Shown: one piece after another, positions 52,389 through 61,645 of the stretch | How positions within the stretch are numbered: the stretch's first letter is position 1 | How the letters are laid out: every line of letters begins with the position of its first letter | IMG/VR virus record: IMGVR_UViG_2821929668_000003 | Location: 1 to 64,000 of that record | DNA from: an uncultured virus (IMG/VR IMGVR_UViG_2821929668_000003) | Lineage: Duplodnaviria > Heunggongvirae > Uroviricota > Caudoviricetes | Reading direction: 5' to 3' (one strand) | Length of the DNA stretch: 64,000 bases | Notes under the pieces: model-generated | Told to the model about the DNA's origin: nothing | The model's database searches: none | What the model saw: the letters and a program-made list of their open reading frames with translations, nothing else | Position numbers and translations under genes: made by a program

Positions 52389-52543
52389 ATTTCTTTAGAG
52401 GGAAAAAACGTTAGGGTGCGGAGATTGCTCGGAATGTTCAAGTAGTTGGAGCGAAGACAAAATAGAAAGTCTTCATTCAACTTAATGATAAATTTAATAT
52501 TAGTTTCAGTGAACTGTATCATCAGTAAGGGTTATAAAAAATT

Positions 52544-52587
52544 ATAAAATACACATTAATTATTGTTATAATTAATGTGTATTTTAT
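52544..52587. promoter_or_regulatory. Perfect 20-bp inverted repeat overlapping the extended -10 of the RT gene
   Basis: ATAAAATACACATTAATTAT-tgtt-ATAATTAATGTGTATTTTAT containing TGTTATAAT. Confidence 0.75.
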
Positions 52588-52607
52588 TTTGGTAATGGAG
52601 GTATAAA

Positions 52608-54518
52608 ATGGATGTAAGGGATCTTTTAATATTAAATGGATTTATTCCAAAAGAATTACCCTGTGAGTTTGTTGCGAAAAATTTACATAAAATTGACTTG
52701 GGTGTTTTAGGTTCAGGAGAGCTAAAAAAATGGTCCAAACTTATAGAGTTTAGTATTCCTAAGAATGATAGTTTCAGAAGAGTTTGTTCAATTGTTCATC
52801 CACTACACTTTGTTCAATTAGCAAATGAAATTAAGAATGAATGGTCAAATTTAGAGACTTATTTTCGAAATTCAAATGTATCTCTTACAACTCCAATTAT
52901 AGAGGAAAATGGTATTGTTTCAAAATATAGTATGTCAGAAACAACACAAATAAGGATTTCTAATTTAAGTTCTAAAAAATATATTTTAAAGGTTGATATT
53001 AACAGATATTATCCAAGTATTTATACTCATTCTATACCTTGGGCATTACACGGGAAAAAAATTGCTAAAGATAAAATGAAAGATCATAGTTTACTTGGAA
53101 ATAAGTTAGATACATTAATTCGTAATATGCAAGATGGACAAACTATTGGTATTCCAATTGGTCCGCAAAGTTCATTCATTATTCAAGAAATAATTGGTAC
53201 AGCTATTGATATGCAATTTAAAAATGCAATGGGTAAAGAAGTTAAGGGTTATAGATATACAGATGATATGGAATACTACTTTGATTCTCATGAGGAAGCA
53301 AATCATGCTTTAACTGTCATGAACCAAGTATTAAAAAATTATGAGTTAGACTTAAATGTTGAAAAGACAAAAATAATCAAACTTCCTCAACTTATTGAAC
53401 CTGATTGGCTATTTTATTTTAAGAAGTTTAAATTTAGGAAATCCAACAAACCAGAAGAACATATAAAATTACAGTTAGTTGACCTTAAAGAATATTTTAA
53501 TAAGATTTTTTATTATAAAGATTTAACTAATGACGTAGGTATTTCTAATTTTGCACTAAAGTGTTTAGGGAAAGTAGTTATCCAAAAAGAAAATTGGGGG
53601 CTATTTGAATCTTTGCTATTACAAACAATACTAATTGATTCTAGAGCAATTCCAAAAGTATTTGAAATAATGGAAGCTTATAAATATAGAGGTTATCCAT
53701 TAAATTTAGATAAAATTAGCGAATCTGTAAATTCAATTATAAAAGAGCACATTCAACTTAGAGGTGACTATGAGGTTATTTGGGCATTAAGTTTAGCAAA
53801 TAAATTTAAATTAAATATTACAGAGGATGTTACTTCCCTTTTATTAAATAATAATAATGCTCTTATAAACATATTGGTAATGGTTTTAAAGGATAAGGGT
53901 CAGTTATTAGGAAATAAAGATTTTTCATTTTATGAAGAAATATTGAGTGATAATGATTTGTATGGTAAATCATGGATGTTTCTATATGAATGTTGTAAAA
54001 ATGGTTGGTTAAATAAAGATAGTAAGATATTAAAAAGGGATAAATTTTTTAATATCTTACTAAAGAATCATGTTTCCTTTATAGATTCTAATTATTCAGT
54101 AGTTAAGTCTAATATTAATATACAAATTGTTAATTTGTGCATGGAAAATATTAGTGGTTTAGAAATTAACAAAGTTTATAAAAATATTCTAGATAAGTAT
54201 TCTTATAATTTAGAAGAAGAACATGAGCAAGAATTATTTAAAGAACTTATTGACCTATTAAAACTAAAAATTAGTGAACAAAATTTATTTGATGCGAATT
54301 TAATTAGAAATCCAGAAGAAGCTGAGGTAGTAGAAGAAACTGAGGAGTCAGAAGAAGCCGAAGTGTTAGAAGAAACTGCGGCATCANNGGCATCAGAAGA
54401 AGTCGAAGAGTCAAAAAGAACAAAGGAAGCTTATAATTGGTTAAATAGCTTTTTTGCTACTGATATTCGAAATTCAAATGATATTGACTTGGAAGAAACG
54501 GATATAGATTATTTTTAA
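52608..54518 (+). CDS. Abi/UG class-1-type defence reverse transcriptase with helical C-terminal domain and acidic tail
   Basis: DINRYYPSIYTHSIPWA, GIPIGP, YRYTDD, LN.EKT motifs; no group II intron or retron structure seen. Confidence 0.88.
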   Translation: MDVRDLLILNGFIPKELPCEFVAKNLHKIDLGVLGSGELKKWSKLIEFSIPKNDSFRRVCSIVHPLHFVQLANEIKNEWSNLETYFRNSNVSLTTPIIEENGIVSKYSMSETTQIRISNLSSKKYILKVDINRYYPSIYTHSIPWALHGKKIAKDKMKDHSLLGNKLDTLIRNMQDGQTIGIPIGPQSSFIIQEIIGTAIDMQFKNAMGKEVKGYRYTDDMEYYFDSHEEANHALTVMNQVLKNYELDLNVEKTKIIKLPQLIEPDWLFYFKKFKFRKSNKPEEHIKLQLVDLKEYFNKIFYYKDLTNDVGISNFALKCLGKVVIQKENWGLFESLLLQTILIDSRAIPKVFEIMEAYKYRGYPLNLDKISESVNSIIKEHIQLRGDYEVIWALSLANKFKLNITEDVTSLLLNNNNALINILVMVLKDKGQLLGNKDFSFYEEILSDNDLYGKSWMFLYECCKNGWLNKDSKILKRDKFFNILLKNHVSFIDSNYSVVKSNINIQIVNLCMENISGLEINKVYKNILDKYSYNLEEEHEQELFKELIDLLKLKISEQNLFDANLIRNPEEAEVVEETEESEEAEVLEETAASXASEEVEESKRTKEAYNWLNSFFATDIRNSNDIDLEETDIDYF

Positions 54519-54600
54519 CTTGAAACCACATTTAGTTACATAATGATGAACCGTACCATAAGTGGAGGTTTAGCTTGCTAAATGCTCGGTAATTGTATTT

Positions 54601-54771
54601 CCCACCAAACACACCACCAAAATAATGAAAATTTTTAAAAAGTGCTGTCATTTAAAGAAACAGGAACAACCGTCTATTATTGAGTGGGAATAATAAATAA
54701 AAGCTTAGGAATGCCTATTTATATAGGTTTTTCTAAGCTTTTTTATTAAGTGATACCAGATTTGATACCAA
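54601..54771. other. Probable att-site remnant with arm-type direct repeats
   Basis: CCACCAAA x2 (54602-54622), GATACCA x2 (near 54752-54770), central inverted repeat. Confidence 0.4.
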
Positions 54772-54798
54772 TATAGATTTTTTTTGTAGTAATGTATT

Positions 54799-54862
54799 CA
54801 ATACATATTATTAAAATTAAAGTGGTTCAAGTCGGAGGAATGCACCTTAGGGTGTCTTTTTT
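54799..54862 (+). repeat. Cassette-boundary sRNA-like repeat, copy 1 (5'-truncated)
   Basis: CATATTATTAAAATTAAAGTGGTTCAAGTCGGAGGAA-(T)GCACCTTAGGGTGTC-TTTTTT. Confidence 0.9.
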
Positions 54863-54949
54863 ATTACCGTTCGACATAATATGACAGAATAGTTGTAATT
54901 AGATTTGTTATGCTTTTAATATACATTACGTTTAAAAAGGGGAATATTT

Positions 54950-55702
54950 ATGTTTGGAACTATCATTCAAGACGCCTATACAAAAGATGAAACTGAACAA
55001 ATGGCTGATGCATTAGAAGATATTTGCAATTCTCACCATGAATATGGTTGGTCTTCAGCTGGAATCTATTGTTTTTGGAACTATACAACAAAAGAAGTAC
55101 TTTATATAGGACTAGCCGTAGACTTACTAACAAGATTCAAACAGCATAACGGTATTATTCAAACAGATCCTGCAAGTTGTAAATATGAAAAAATCCAAGA
55201 ACATTTTGAAACAAACGATAAAATCGGTTATTCTGTCTTTCTTCAATCAACGCATTTTCAACCTGTTCACAGAGGAAATAGAAATGAGTGGATAGGATTC
55301 GAACCAACTCAATTTTCATATACTCAAGATGCCTTAGCAGATATGAGACTCACAGAAGGAATACTAATTCAGACTTATAGATTACATCATGAAAGTTTAC
55401 CACCTTGGAATCGTATTGGCGGAGAAAGGGCAGGACAAGATGTAGCTATACCAGGAAATTATATATTTGTCCAAAGTTTAACACATCAAAACATTAGCCC
55501 ATTCATAGCCAAACATACAATACGTGAAATCTCTTCTGATCCTACATATCTTTTTTACGAAGAAGAGTTACACTCAGTTAGAATGTTGATGGGTCTAGGA
55601 AGTAATTTTGACGACGCCCTAGAAACCTACAGAGTAAATAATGAACCTAATTATAATCGAATTATTGGAGATAATTATTTAAATCACCAACTTAATTTTT
55701 AA
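54950..55702 (+). CDS. GIY-YIG nuclease family protein
   Basis: GIYCFW...LYIGLA..L.TRF.QH, E..LI, PPWN. Confidence 0.8.
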   Translation: MFGTIIQDAYTKDETEQMADALEDICNSHHEYGWSSAGIYCFWNYTTKEVLYIGLAVDLLTRFKQHNGIIQTDPASCKYEKIQEHFETNDKIGYSVFLQSTHFQPVHRGNRNEWIGFEPTQFSYTQDALADMRLTEGILIQTYRLHHESLPPWNRIGGERAGQDVAIPGNYIFVQSLTHQNISPFIAKHTIREISSDPTYLFYEEELHSVRMLMGLGSNFDDALETYRVNNEPNYNRIIGDNYLNHQLNF

Positions 55703-55703
55703 T

Positions 55704-56036
55704 ATGTATAAAACTTATAGATATGAGGCACTCTTGATTATATATAAGATTGCAAAAGATGTGGAGGGGAATTTAATGATAAATAAACTAATGGAAATAG
55801 ACGAAAATTTAAAAAGGTTTCTTTATGAAAAATTGCATGATGAAGAAATCACTTCTAAGGAGAAAATTCTTATTGATGGCTACACAGAAGGATTTGACGA
55901 GTTAACAATACTAAATGCACTACAAATATGTTTAGAAAATAAATTAATAGACATGCCAGCTATGCCTTTAAATATTGGAAATTCTCAAAAAGACTTTTTT
56001 ATAAATAAACCACAATTATATATATTAAAATCATAA
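55704..56036 (+). CDS. Hypothetical protein (true start probably MINKL)
   Basis: ORF; GGAGGGG RBS internal to the called ORF. Confidence 0.5.
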   Translation: MYKTYRYEALLIIYKIAKDVEGNLMINKLMEIDENLKRFLYEKLHDEEITSKEKILIDGYTEGFDELTILNALQICLENKLIDMPAMPLNIGNSQKDFFINKPQLYILKS

Positions 56037-56242
56037 ACACCTAACCACTTAAAACGTTTTAATATTCATCCTCAAATTCATATTATTATGAGAGTAATGA
56101 TTATGGTAATTAGTGGTTATTATAGAGGGCCAACGCTCTCTTTTTTTATTTTTATTAGACATAATATACAAATATAATTATGTTTATTTTAATAAGATTG
56201 TCCAGAAATATTACATTATATATATCTTGGAGGAATTAAATT

Positions 56243-56806
56243 ATGAGCAAAAAATTATTAATGGCTTTAGTATGCAGCTTGTTACTTATGGGATTGGCTG
56301 CTTGTGGTTCAAATGAGAAAGCAAGTACATCGGAAGAACCAAAACAAGAAACTAAAGAAGAAGAGGAACAAAAGAAGCTAGATGAGCAAAAACAGGAAGA
56401 GGAACAAAGGAAAATAGAAGAACAGAAAAAAGCCGAAGAACAAAAACAAGCTGAGGAACAAAAGAAGTTAGAAGAACAGAAAAAGGCCGAAGAGCAAAAG
56501 CGATTAGATGAACAACGCAAACAAGAAGAGGCTCAAAGACAACAGGAAGAACAAAAGAAACAACAAGAAGCTGCTCGAGCAAAAGAACAGGAGCAACAAA
56601 AAGCTACCGCTAATACAGCACCTCAGCAACAAGCTGCACCTAAACAAGAGAAAGTTCACTTTGCAAACTGTACAGATGCAAATAATGCCGGTTACTATGA
56701 TATAACTCCAGATAGCCCAGCTTATGCTTCACATTTAGATCGTGATGGCGATGGCGTGGCTTGTGAACGAAATAAAGGACATAAAAAATCTAGTAAAAAA
56801 CATTAG
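56243..56806 (+). CDS. Lipoprotein with coiled coil and Excalibur Ca-binding domain
   Basis: LAAC lipobox; FANC...LDRDGDGVACE. Confidence 0.88.
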   Translation: MSKKLLMALVCSLLLMGLAACGSNEKASTSEEPKQETKEEEEQKKLDEQKQEEEQRKIEEQKKAEEQKQAEEQKKLEEQKKAEEQKRLDEQRKQEEAQRQQEEQKKQQEAARAKEQEQQKATANTAPQQQAAPKQEKVHFANCTDANNAGYYDITPDSPAYASHLDRDGDGVACERNKGHKKSSKKH

Positions 56807-56927
56807 ATTGAAGGATAAGCACTCTTATGAGTGCTTTTTTATTTAAGTTCGACAAAATATGACAAAGTAGTTGTAACTAAATTTGTTATGCTTACTTTAA
56901 ATCTTACATTTTAAAAGGGGATATTAT

Positions 56928-57410
56928 ATGGCTACTCCAAAATACACTAAAATTGATGAACGCTTTGGCGTTATTGAATACCCGGTTACACTTAATGAAA
57001 TGGTTGAAATATCAAAAGGATTCCCAAAAACGGAACGTACATATTATCAGTATGCCTTCGCTGCTTTAAAGAAGGTAATGAAGGCTAAAGAAAACATTCA
57101 TTACTTTGAAGTTGCTGATCCTAAGCTAACAAAAACAGGATTTATCGTAGTTGGTGAACACAACTTATACCTGGTAATGATGAAAGGCGGCTTATTTGGT
57201 GGCGCTGAAGCTGAAGTAGTGAAGTATAAAGATATTAAAGAGGTCGATTTCGATATCATCGAGGGAATGTTTGGAATCTCTCTTATGAATACAGGTATTA
57301 TTTATCTTGAAATGAAGAAAATGTTCGGGACAAAGAAACGTACAATCCGCAATATTCCTGATTACAATGTCGATGGGGTATTAAAAGCAATTCGTAATAA
57401 GTTGAAATAA
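56928..57410 (+). CDS. Bacterial PH-domain-like protein
   Basis: GFIVVGEHNLYLV..KGGLFG..YKDIKEV. Confidence 0.6.
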   Translation: MATPKYTKIDERFGVIEYPVTLNEMVEISKGFPKTERTYYQYAFAALKKVMKAKENIHYFEVADPKLTKTGFIVVGEHNLYLVMMKGGLFGGAEAEVVKYKDIKEVDFDIIEGMFGISLMNTGIIYLEMKKMFGTKKRTIRNIPDYNVDGVLKAIRNKLK

Positions 57411-57434
57411 CTAATACATACTGGAGGTAACGAT

Positions 57435-57899
57435 ATGAAGCGGAAATTACTTACAGCATTAACGTGTAGCGCATTACTTATGGGATTAGCTGCTTGTGGT
57501 TCAAATGAGAAGTCTGCAACTGAATCTAAGCCTAAACAAGAAGCTAAGAAGCCAGAACCGGTTACTACAACTTCACTTATTAGCGAATTCAAGAAAGCTG
57601 GATTAGAAGCTGAGAATCCTACGGACTTAGAACAAAAAGAATTTGGAAACATGCGTAAAGACGGGAAACGCATCCTTGCACCGAAATTAGGTGAGGATAA
57701 AGGCGGTCGTGTGTTTGAGTTTAGTAAGAAAGAAGATTTAGAGAAAGCTAAGAAGTACTACGATGATTTAAGCAACTCTGCTCCAATGCTGTTCTCACAT
57801 ACATATGCTAAGGGAAATTTCCTTTTACAGATGAATGGCGATATGAAAGATGAAGAGTTTAATAAATATAAAGAAGTAATGGATAAAGTAGCTAAATAA
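57435..57899 (+). CDS. Lipoprotein
   Basis: LAAC lipobox. Confidence 0.85.
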   Translation: MKRKLLTALTCSALLMGLAACGSNEKSATESKPKQEAKKPEPVTTTSLISEFKKAGLEAENPTDLEQKEFGNMRKDGKRILAPKLGEDKGGRVFEFSKKEDLEKAKKYYDDLSNSAPMLFSHTYAKGNFLLQMNGDMKDEEFNKYKEVMDKVAK

Positions 57900-57917
57900 A
57901 ACAGAATAGGAGACTAT

Positions 57918-58682
57918 ATGGAAACAAATTTAGAATCTTTAAATCGAAGCCTTAAATTTGGTGAGGACCTTATTGAAAAGTTAAAACAGAAAAGCAATCT
58001 AAAATTAGAAGAAAAAATTGTCATTACATTATACAATAAACTAATGGAACAAGTGGATGGATCCTTTATTTTAATTGATTATAAATCAGATGGTCCTGCA
58101 AAGGTTATGTTACGTGCTGGATTTGAAACATATATATCAATGGATTACATTCTTAAAGATCCTTTATTATTACAACAAAGGGCCTTTTCTTACTATATAA
58201 GTTTTATAAAAGATCAGTTGAAAAAAGTAGAGGAAAACGGAACTGAAGAACAAATTTTAATCACTAATCAAGCATTTTCGGAAGTATTAGCTTCCCCTTC
58301 CTTTCAGGATATATTAAGTGAATGGGCACAAAAAAAAGGTGGATCATTATATAATCCAAAGTGGTATTCATTATTTAACGGTCCATCAAATATTAAACAA
58401 CTTACAGATCTTATGGGAGATAGTAATTCTGGTATATATAAATATTATGGTTTATTATCCCAGGAAGCTCATGGATATCAAGCGTTAAATAGTGCAAATT
58501 ATGTAGATTTCATTACTGATTTCCTCACACTTGAACCGATAAGAAAAGAAGAACTTGATGACGTTGATATACAAGTGGCAAAAGCATTATGTACTGGAGG
58601 GACAGGGATGATTATTATGAAACTTTTCCCTGAATTTCGCGCGGATTTCGGCTTGTTATTAAATGAAATGGGATTAATATGA
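57918..58682 (+). CDS. DUF5677-like helical protein (possible HEPN-related)
   Basis: LRAGFE, KWYS, Y..LSQEAH. Confidence 0.55.
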   Translation: METNLESLNRSLKFGEDLIEKLKQKSNLKLEEKIVITLYNKLMEQVDGSFILIDYKSDGPAKVMLRAGFETYISMDYILKDPLLLQQRAFSYYISFIKDQLKKVEENGTEEQILITNQAFSEVLASPSFQDILSEWAQKKGGSLYNPKWYSLFNGPSNIKQLTDLMGDSNSGIYKYYGLLSQEAHGYQALNSANYVDFITDFLTLEPIRKEELDDVDIQVAKALCTGGTGMIIMKLFPEFRADFGLLLNEMGLI

Positions 58683-58730
58683 AAAAATATAAGGTTGAAC
58701 CTTGTTTCTCAAAAGTAAATGAAGATAAAC

Positions 58731-58824
58731 ATGGTAAAATAATATTTGGATGGGAGTCCAATACATATTATTAAAATTAAAGTGGTTCAAGTCGGAGGAA
58801 GGCACCTTAGGGTGTCTTTTTTTT
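58731..58824 (+). repeat. Cassette-boundary sRNA-like repeat, copy 2 (full)
   Basis: TGGTAAAAT -10, TTGGA/TCCAA hairpin, conserved core, terminator. Confidence 0.9.
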
Positions 58825-58916
58825 CATTTCGACATAATATGACAAAACAGTTGTGATTATATTTGTTATGATAGTTCAGGTAAATCTTACATTTTAAACG
58901 CTGGGGGATACATACT

Positions 58917-59426
58917 ATGAACAAAAAACTATTAACAACACTTACTTGTTTCGCTTTATTTATGGGATTAGCAGCATGTTCATCTAACGAGACAGTAAGT
59001 ACTTCCAAAGAATCTAAAGCTGAGCAAGAAGCACAAAAGGAAGCTGAGAAAGCGAAGAAAGCTGAAGAAAAAGGGACTGTGAAAAAGGAGAAAGCTGAAC
59101 AAGAGACGGCTGAAAAGCAACGCAAACAGCAAGAAGAGGCTACAAAAAAGGAACAACCAACAACTACTTCTGGTAACACTATTAAAGGCTTAAAAGACGA
59201 ACTATCCATTGGTATGCCATTTAAAGATTATCTTGCTAAAAAGAAATCATTAAATGTAGAGAATCCCTTCAGTATTTCACTCGGAAAAGGTAATGTAGGT
59301 AGTGTTCTTCAAGCTCAAGATGGAGTATTAGTTGTATGTATTGATGGAGAAAAGATATTCGATTTAAAAACATTTAAAAATGTTGATGAAGCTAAAGAAT
59401 ACGAAAAGAGCTTAAAAGTAAAATAA
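58917..59426 (+). CDS. Lipoprotein
   Basis: LAAC lipobox, charged linker. Confidence 0.85.
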   Translation: MNKKLLTTLTCFALFMGLAACSSNETVSTSKESKAEQEAQKEAEKAKKAEEKGTVKKEKAEQETAEKQRKQQEEATKKEQPTTTSGNTIKGLKDELSIGMPFKDYLAKKKSLNVENPFSISLGKGNVGSVLQAQDGVLVVCIDGEKIFDLKTFKNVDEAKEYEKSLKVK

Positions 59427-59467
59427 TAGATTCAATTCATATTTCTCAATCACCAATATAACTTAAT

Positions 59468-59561
59468 ATGGTAAAATATTATTTGGATGAAAGTCCAAAT
59501 GCATATTATTAAAATTAAAGTGGTTCAAGTCGCAGGAAGGCACCTTAGGTTGTCTTTTTTT
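59468..59561 (+). repeat. Cassette-boundary sRNA-like repeat, copy 3 (full)
   Basis: TGGTAAAAT -10, ATTTGGA/TCCAAAT hairpin, conserved core, terminator. Confidence 0.9.
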
Positions 59562-59659
59562 ATTTCCGCTAGACATAATATAACGATATTTTTATAAGAG
59601 GATTTGTTATACTTTCTATAAAACTCTTTTAAAACAATCTATTAAATATTAACTGGAGG

Positions 59660-60715
59660 ATGCATATGTTATATGTTATAAAAATTAATTTTCACACAAA
59701 TGGAGAAGAAGAAGTAGTAGAGTATTATAACGGTAATTGTTCTTATAATGAATCAAGTTCAGATAACTTTTTAATGTCTAATTATTCCATTACATTGAGT
59801 TGCAATAGAAAAGGAGATAGAGATTTAGAAGATGCTATTAACAATTTTAATAGTACGTTTAATAAACAAATCACAAAAGTTATAGCATACTTAGTAGGCA
59901 CAATTGGAATTCTTCCTGAAATTAATACGATAGTGATATCGAAACATGATAAAAATAACGAAATATTAGATGAATTTATAGCTGAAAAAGTAATTCAACC
60001 TCTAGAAGGCCATAAGTTATCTGAAGAATTAATATTAGATAAAGATAAGATGATCAGTTTATTAAATGAAGATGACAAGTCGCGGTCACTTCTTATAGCA
60101 ACTACCTACTGGTTGAAAGGTGTAACAGCTGATTTGGCAGGGGATAGTTTTGATAAGCTTTGGAAGAGTTTTAATACATTGTATAGTTATATATCTAAAA
60201 AAGATCATGAATTTGATAAATTAGTTTTTATAAAGGGATTTATATGGGATAAAAAGGAGCTTTTCAGTAAAAGCTGTGACATATTTGAAGACTATACCAA
60301 AGAGAAAATCAGAGAACTTCGTTGGAGAGAAATGATACTAAATGATCATGAAACCAAGAAGCAAACAAAGGCATTTGCAGATTTTATTAAGAGATACGAT
60401 GATTATCGATTGAATGAAGTATTCAAGGAAATACTTCCATACCGAAAAAAGTTTCTAGAGGAAGAAGGCCTTTATGATGAAGTTCTTAATATTATTGAAG
60501 AAAGAATTCAATTGAAACAGAAACATAATGAACAAATTCTTACTTTTTACATTCTTAAGTATGCTTATTTTTTAAGAAATAAATATTTTCATGCAGAGAA
60601 GTTAGATTCAACATTTTACCTTATAAAAAATAACGAAATAAAAGAATTGAAAAGTATTAATTATATATTTTCTACTTTTTTAAAAGAATTACTTGAAGGT
60701 AATTCTAAGTATTAA
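59660..60715 (+). CDS. HEPN-like (RxxxxH) putative RNase
   Basis: LWKSFNTLY and YFLRNKYFH motifs. Confidence 0.65.
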   Translation: MHMLYVIKINFHTNGEEEVVEYYNGNCSYNESSSDNFLMSNYSITLSCNRKGDRDLEDAINNFNSTFNKQITKVIAYLVGTIGILPEINTIVISKHDKNNEILDEFIAEKVIQPLEGHKLSEELILDKDKMISLLNEDDKSRSLLIATTYWLKGVTADLAGDSFDKLWKSFNTLYSYISKKDHEFDKLVFIKGFIWDKKELFSKSCDIFEDYTKEKIRELRWREMILNDHETKKQTKAFADFIKRYDDYRLNEVFKEILPYRKKFLEEEGLYDEVLNIIEERIQLKQKHNEQILTFYILKYAYFLRNKYFHAEKLDSTFYLIKNNEIKELKSINYIFSTFLKELLEGNSKY

Positions 60716-60966
60716 ATAGTTAACTTTTTATCGTCTTGTTTTTCCAATTAATATAATGAGAATTAAAGTTATATGTTCTAGCTTGAAATAGCTTATTCTA
60801 CAAATGGGTGAAATTTCTTAATAAGAATTAACCAATGTTATTATCTGTTTTGATGGCTACAACTATGCTAAAATGAATGTTTTTAAAAGGAGATACTACT
60901 TAAAATATAGTATCTCCTTTGTGTTTTTGAAAGAAAAATTAAATAACTTTATTATCTCTACACATT

Positions 60967-61233
60967 TTAGGCATTAATAGGCCAATCTTTACATTTTTCC
61001 TTTGTCTCATCACCAATTGCGTTCATGAGAAATTTTAGTTGTTGGCCAGAAAATTTTTCTTTAATAAGAACTTTTGTAACTGCAATACATACTTTTGCTA
61101 AAATATCGGTACGATGAATCTCTGTCCAGCCAGGACGAAATTCTCTTTTCACTTCTTTAATTATTTTGTGAACCAAATCGGCAATAAACTTGTTTTTCAA
61201 AAGTATGTTACCCCATATTAGCGATAATCTCAT
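60967..61233 (-). CDS. Hypothetical protein
   Basis: ORF track only. Confidence 0.4.
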   Translation of the reverse strand: MRLSLIWGNILLKNKFIADLVHKIIKEVKREFRPGWTEIHRTDILAKVCIAVTKVLIKEKFSGQQLKFLMNAIGDETKEKCKDWPINA

Positions 61234-61441
61234 AGAAGAAAGCTTCTTCTTCGGTTAGTTCTAGATCTTTACGTTTTCGTACTACGCCTGCTGCATTAAT
61301 AATACGATTATGATATTCATTTAATGTTTTCTCTAATAGCTCACTCATTTTTTTAGAGTTTGCCTTGTTTTTAGAAAACTTGCAGATGACTTTAAGAGTG
61401 ACTGGGGAGCTATAAAGGAACACAAAGAAAGAATGGATCAT
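61208..61441 (-). CDS. Hypothetical protein (start uncertain)
   Basis: ORF track only. Confidence 0.3.
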   Translation of the reverse strand: MIHSFFVFLYSSPVTLKVICKFSKNKANSKKMSELLEKTLNEYHNRIINAAGVVRKRKDLELTEEEAFFYEIIANMG

Positions 61442-61645
61442 TTACCTACTAATGCCGTTCTCGTGTATAGCGGACGTAGAGAGTTTGTCTTTACAGGTAC
61501 AGACATGGTGCTGTTCCTAGGTAGTGGACGTAATAAGAAGTTGTACTTGAAGAATCAACTAACTGGGAGAAACGTTAACTTTTATAAGGACAGCAGAGTA
61601 TCCTATGAGACGGTAGATTACATTAAAGCTACTATAGTGAGGTAG
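61433..61645 (+). CDS. Hypothetical protein
   Basis: ORF track only. Confidence 0.35.
   Translation: MDHLPTNAVLVYSGRREFVFTGTDMVLFLGSGRNKKLYLKNQLTGRNVNFYKDSRVSYETVDYIKATIVR

Noticed and set aside
52390..52540. Retron msr-msd or DRT ncRNA upstream of the RT
   Set aside because: Only a modest hairpin (GAAGAC/GTCTTC), it lies upstream of the apparent promoter, no a1/a2 repeats, and the RT lacks retron NAxxH/VTG motifs
54548..54560. TGAACCGTACC resembling an IS3-family end
   Set aside because: Too short; no transposase or partner end
56300..56312. GTGGTTCAA shared between lipoprotein genes and the repeat core
   Set aside because: Only 9 nt and same-sense; probably chance
54799..59561. CRISPR array or tRNA genes (GGTTCAAGTC T-loop-like)
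   Set aside because: Copies are separated by whole genes, there are no cas genes, and the T-stem/cloverleaf cannot form
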